DNA from: Chrysomallon squamiferum
Lineage: Eukaryota > Animalia > Mollusca
Reading direction: 5' to 3'
Assembly: GCA_012295275.1 (NCBI GenBank)
Contig: CM022673.1
Location: forward strand, 26,350,001 to 26,414,000
DNA: 64,000 nucleotides
The notes beneath the pieces are model-generated. The model had not been told where the DNA came from. It made no database searches and saw only the letters and a program-made list of their open reading frames with translations. Below, one piece after another: positions 63,101-64,000 of this stretch. Both the position numbers and the translations under genes were made by a program. Numbering within the stretch: position 1 is the first letter of the stretch; every line of letters begins with the position of its first letter.

Positions 63101-63561
63101 CATCACTTGGAAAACTGTTCAAAGGGAAACAGTCTGGAGGAAGTCCAATGAGATGAACTGAATGAGTGCTGGAAAAGAAACAGTCTTGCAAAGGACAAGA
63201 CAGACAAAATGTGGAAACAGCAGTCTGAGGATTTTGTCCAACAATAGAACACTTACATTTGCAAAGTGATGATGATGATGAATCAAAGATTTTAACAAGA
63301 TGCTAGTGAATTCAAAATTTGTGAAATGGTTGATAATGAGTAAGAATAAATAAATTGTTAGATATTTTTTATTTTTTATTTTTTTTTATTTTTAATAAAA
63401 TATTTTTATTGTCAGAATTACTTTAAAAACCCCTCCTAATAATAATTTTCTGTTTGTTGTAGGTGACAACATCTTCAGGGAGTCAATATCTTCTTCAGTC
63501 TGATGACGAAAAACAAATACACGAATGGTTGTTTCGATTGCAGATGTTAACAGAGGAAATT
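53359..63561 (+). CDS. ARHGAP12: ARHGAP9/12/15/27-family Rho GTPase-activating protein, 5' part (SH3, 3 WW, PH); continues beyond the window, RhoGAP domain not seen
   Basis: Exons 53359-53796, 55721-55951, 56276-56401, 56976-57065, 57625-57801, 58002-58070 (or -58058), 58360-58418, 62423-62609 and 63463-63561. SH3 LFDYTY...YILIDKTNDEWWHVR...FYVPAQYV; WW GRLFYHNRETDERMWKPP and KWYSKLDESGRRYFYTDGKEESFWELP; PH GVLNKARIAEVGKKVKKNWSSSYVVL...SKKNVI...YLLQSDDEKQIHEW. The symbol names the closest vertebrate family member; one invertebrate gene is probably co-orthologous to all four. Confidence 0.9.
60122..60192. repeat. Duplicated compound (TA)n(CA)n microsatellite
   Basis: (TA)n(CA)nTC(TA)n(CA)nTC(TA)n is directly visible. 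Confidence 0.9.
61200..61410 (+). mobile_element. Degenerate SINE-like remnant
   Basis: CTATTT..TTCCAG..TATATAAAAAGGCC..CATATAAAAGATCCTTTCCTGATAA..GGTTTCCT follows, from memory, the motif order of the same gastropod SINE as 49708-49810. Heavily decayed and unverified. Confidence 0.4.
62812..63281 (+). mobile_element. 5'-truncated, decayed RTE-clade LINE 3' end with (TGA)n tail, in RhoGAP intron 8
   Basis: Translations EQTKMESIMLKH...KVTDVTADQVRRQK and RDELNECWKR...KMWKQQSEDFVQQ* resemble the post-RT C-terminus of RTE elements (TKMERSMLNIT...KVTDVIEQVRRRK...WKQHAEAFAQ, from memory). They are followed by GTGATGATGATGATGA at ~63266-63281, the short tandem-repeat tail typical of RTE. Frameshifts and stops are present. 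Confidence 0.8.
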
Positions 63562-64000
63562 GTAAGTAAAAGAACAAAAAAAAATTATCCATTATTAATT
63601 TATGATTAATTTATCACCCTTCATTCAAAGTCTTGTAATATTAATGTAAACTTCAACTTAATTATTCATCATTTATTTATTTATCACTTTTGGTAAGGTC
63701 ATTTCTTTGAATGTTAATACAGACCTTCATTTTAATTACTTTTCTTATCTGTAACTTTAATAAATCTGCTTTCATAAATATAACTGGATTATATTAAGTT
63801 TAGTTTGTTCTTGTTATATTTTACATATCCTTTAGAAAATAAAGATGGTGATAAAATTAATCAGTAAATAAACCAGTTTTAGATTACAGTAATCTGTCTT
63901 CTTTATGTTTGATGGTTTCTTTTTGTTTTTGCATAAAAATGAATTATAACATTTCATCTTTTTTTTTTTTAAATTTTAAAAAATAATTAAATTAAAATAA

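Overview
AT-rich, intron-dense animal (invertebrate) genomic DNA, not prokaryotic. Repeat remnants tentatively suggest a gastropod mollusc; this rests on my recollection and is unverified. Splicing exons by hand gives five protein-coding genes: (1) an unnamed ~225-aa ankyrin-repeat protein (+, 624-5863, 8 exons); (2) CKAP5/ch-TOG/XMAP215 (+, 11071-33916, 44 coding exons, with two 1-nt frameshifts that are probably assembly errors); (3) MSL1 (+, 38039-43885, 8 exons); (4) WDR12/Ytm1 (-, 52336-47189, 12 exons, 424 aa); (5) the 5' part of an ARHGAP12/27-family RhoGAP (+, from 53359, SH3-WW-WW-WW-PH, running off the window), head-to-head with WDR12. The introns hold a Tc2/pogo-type MITE, a decayed FLYWCH/Mutator-like element, a 5'-truncated RTE LINE, SINE-like remnants, a foldback element and many microsatellites. 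I see no convincing novel multi-gene system. The most interesting signals concern splicing: a 4x tandem amplification of a CKAP5 3' splice site with partly inactivated decoys, and candidate microexons, notably a 33-nt basic cassette in the RhoGAP PH domain. Most entries in the supplied ORF track are exon fragments, antisense shadows or low-complexity artefacts.
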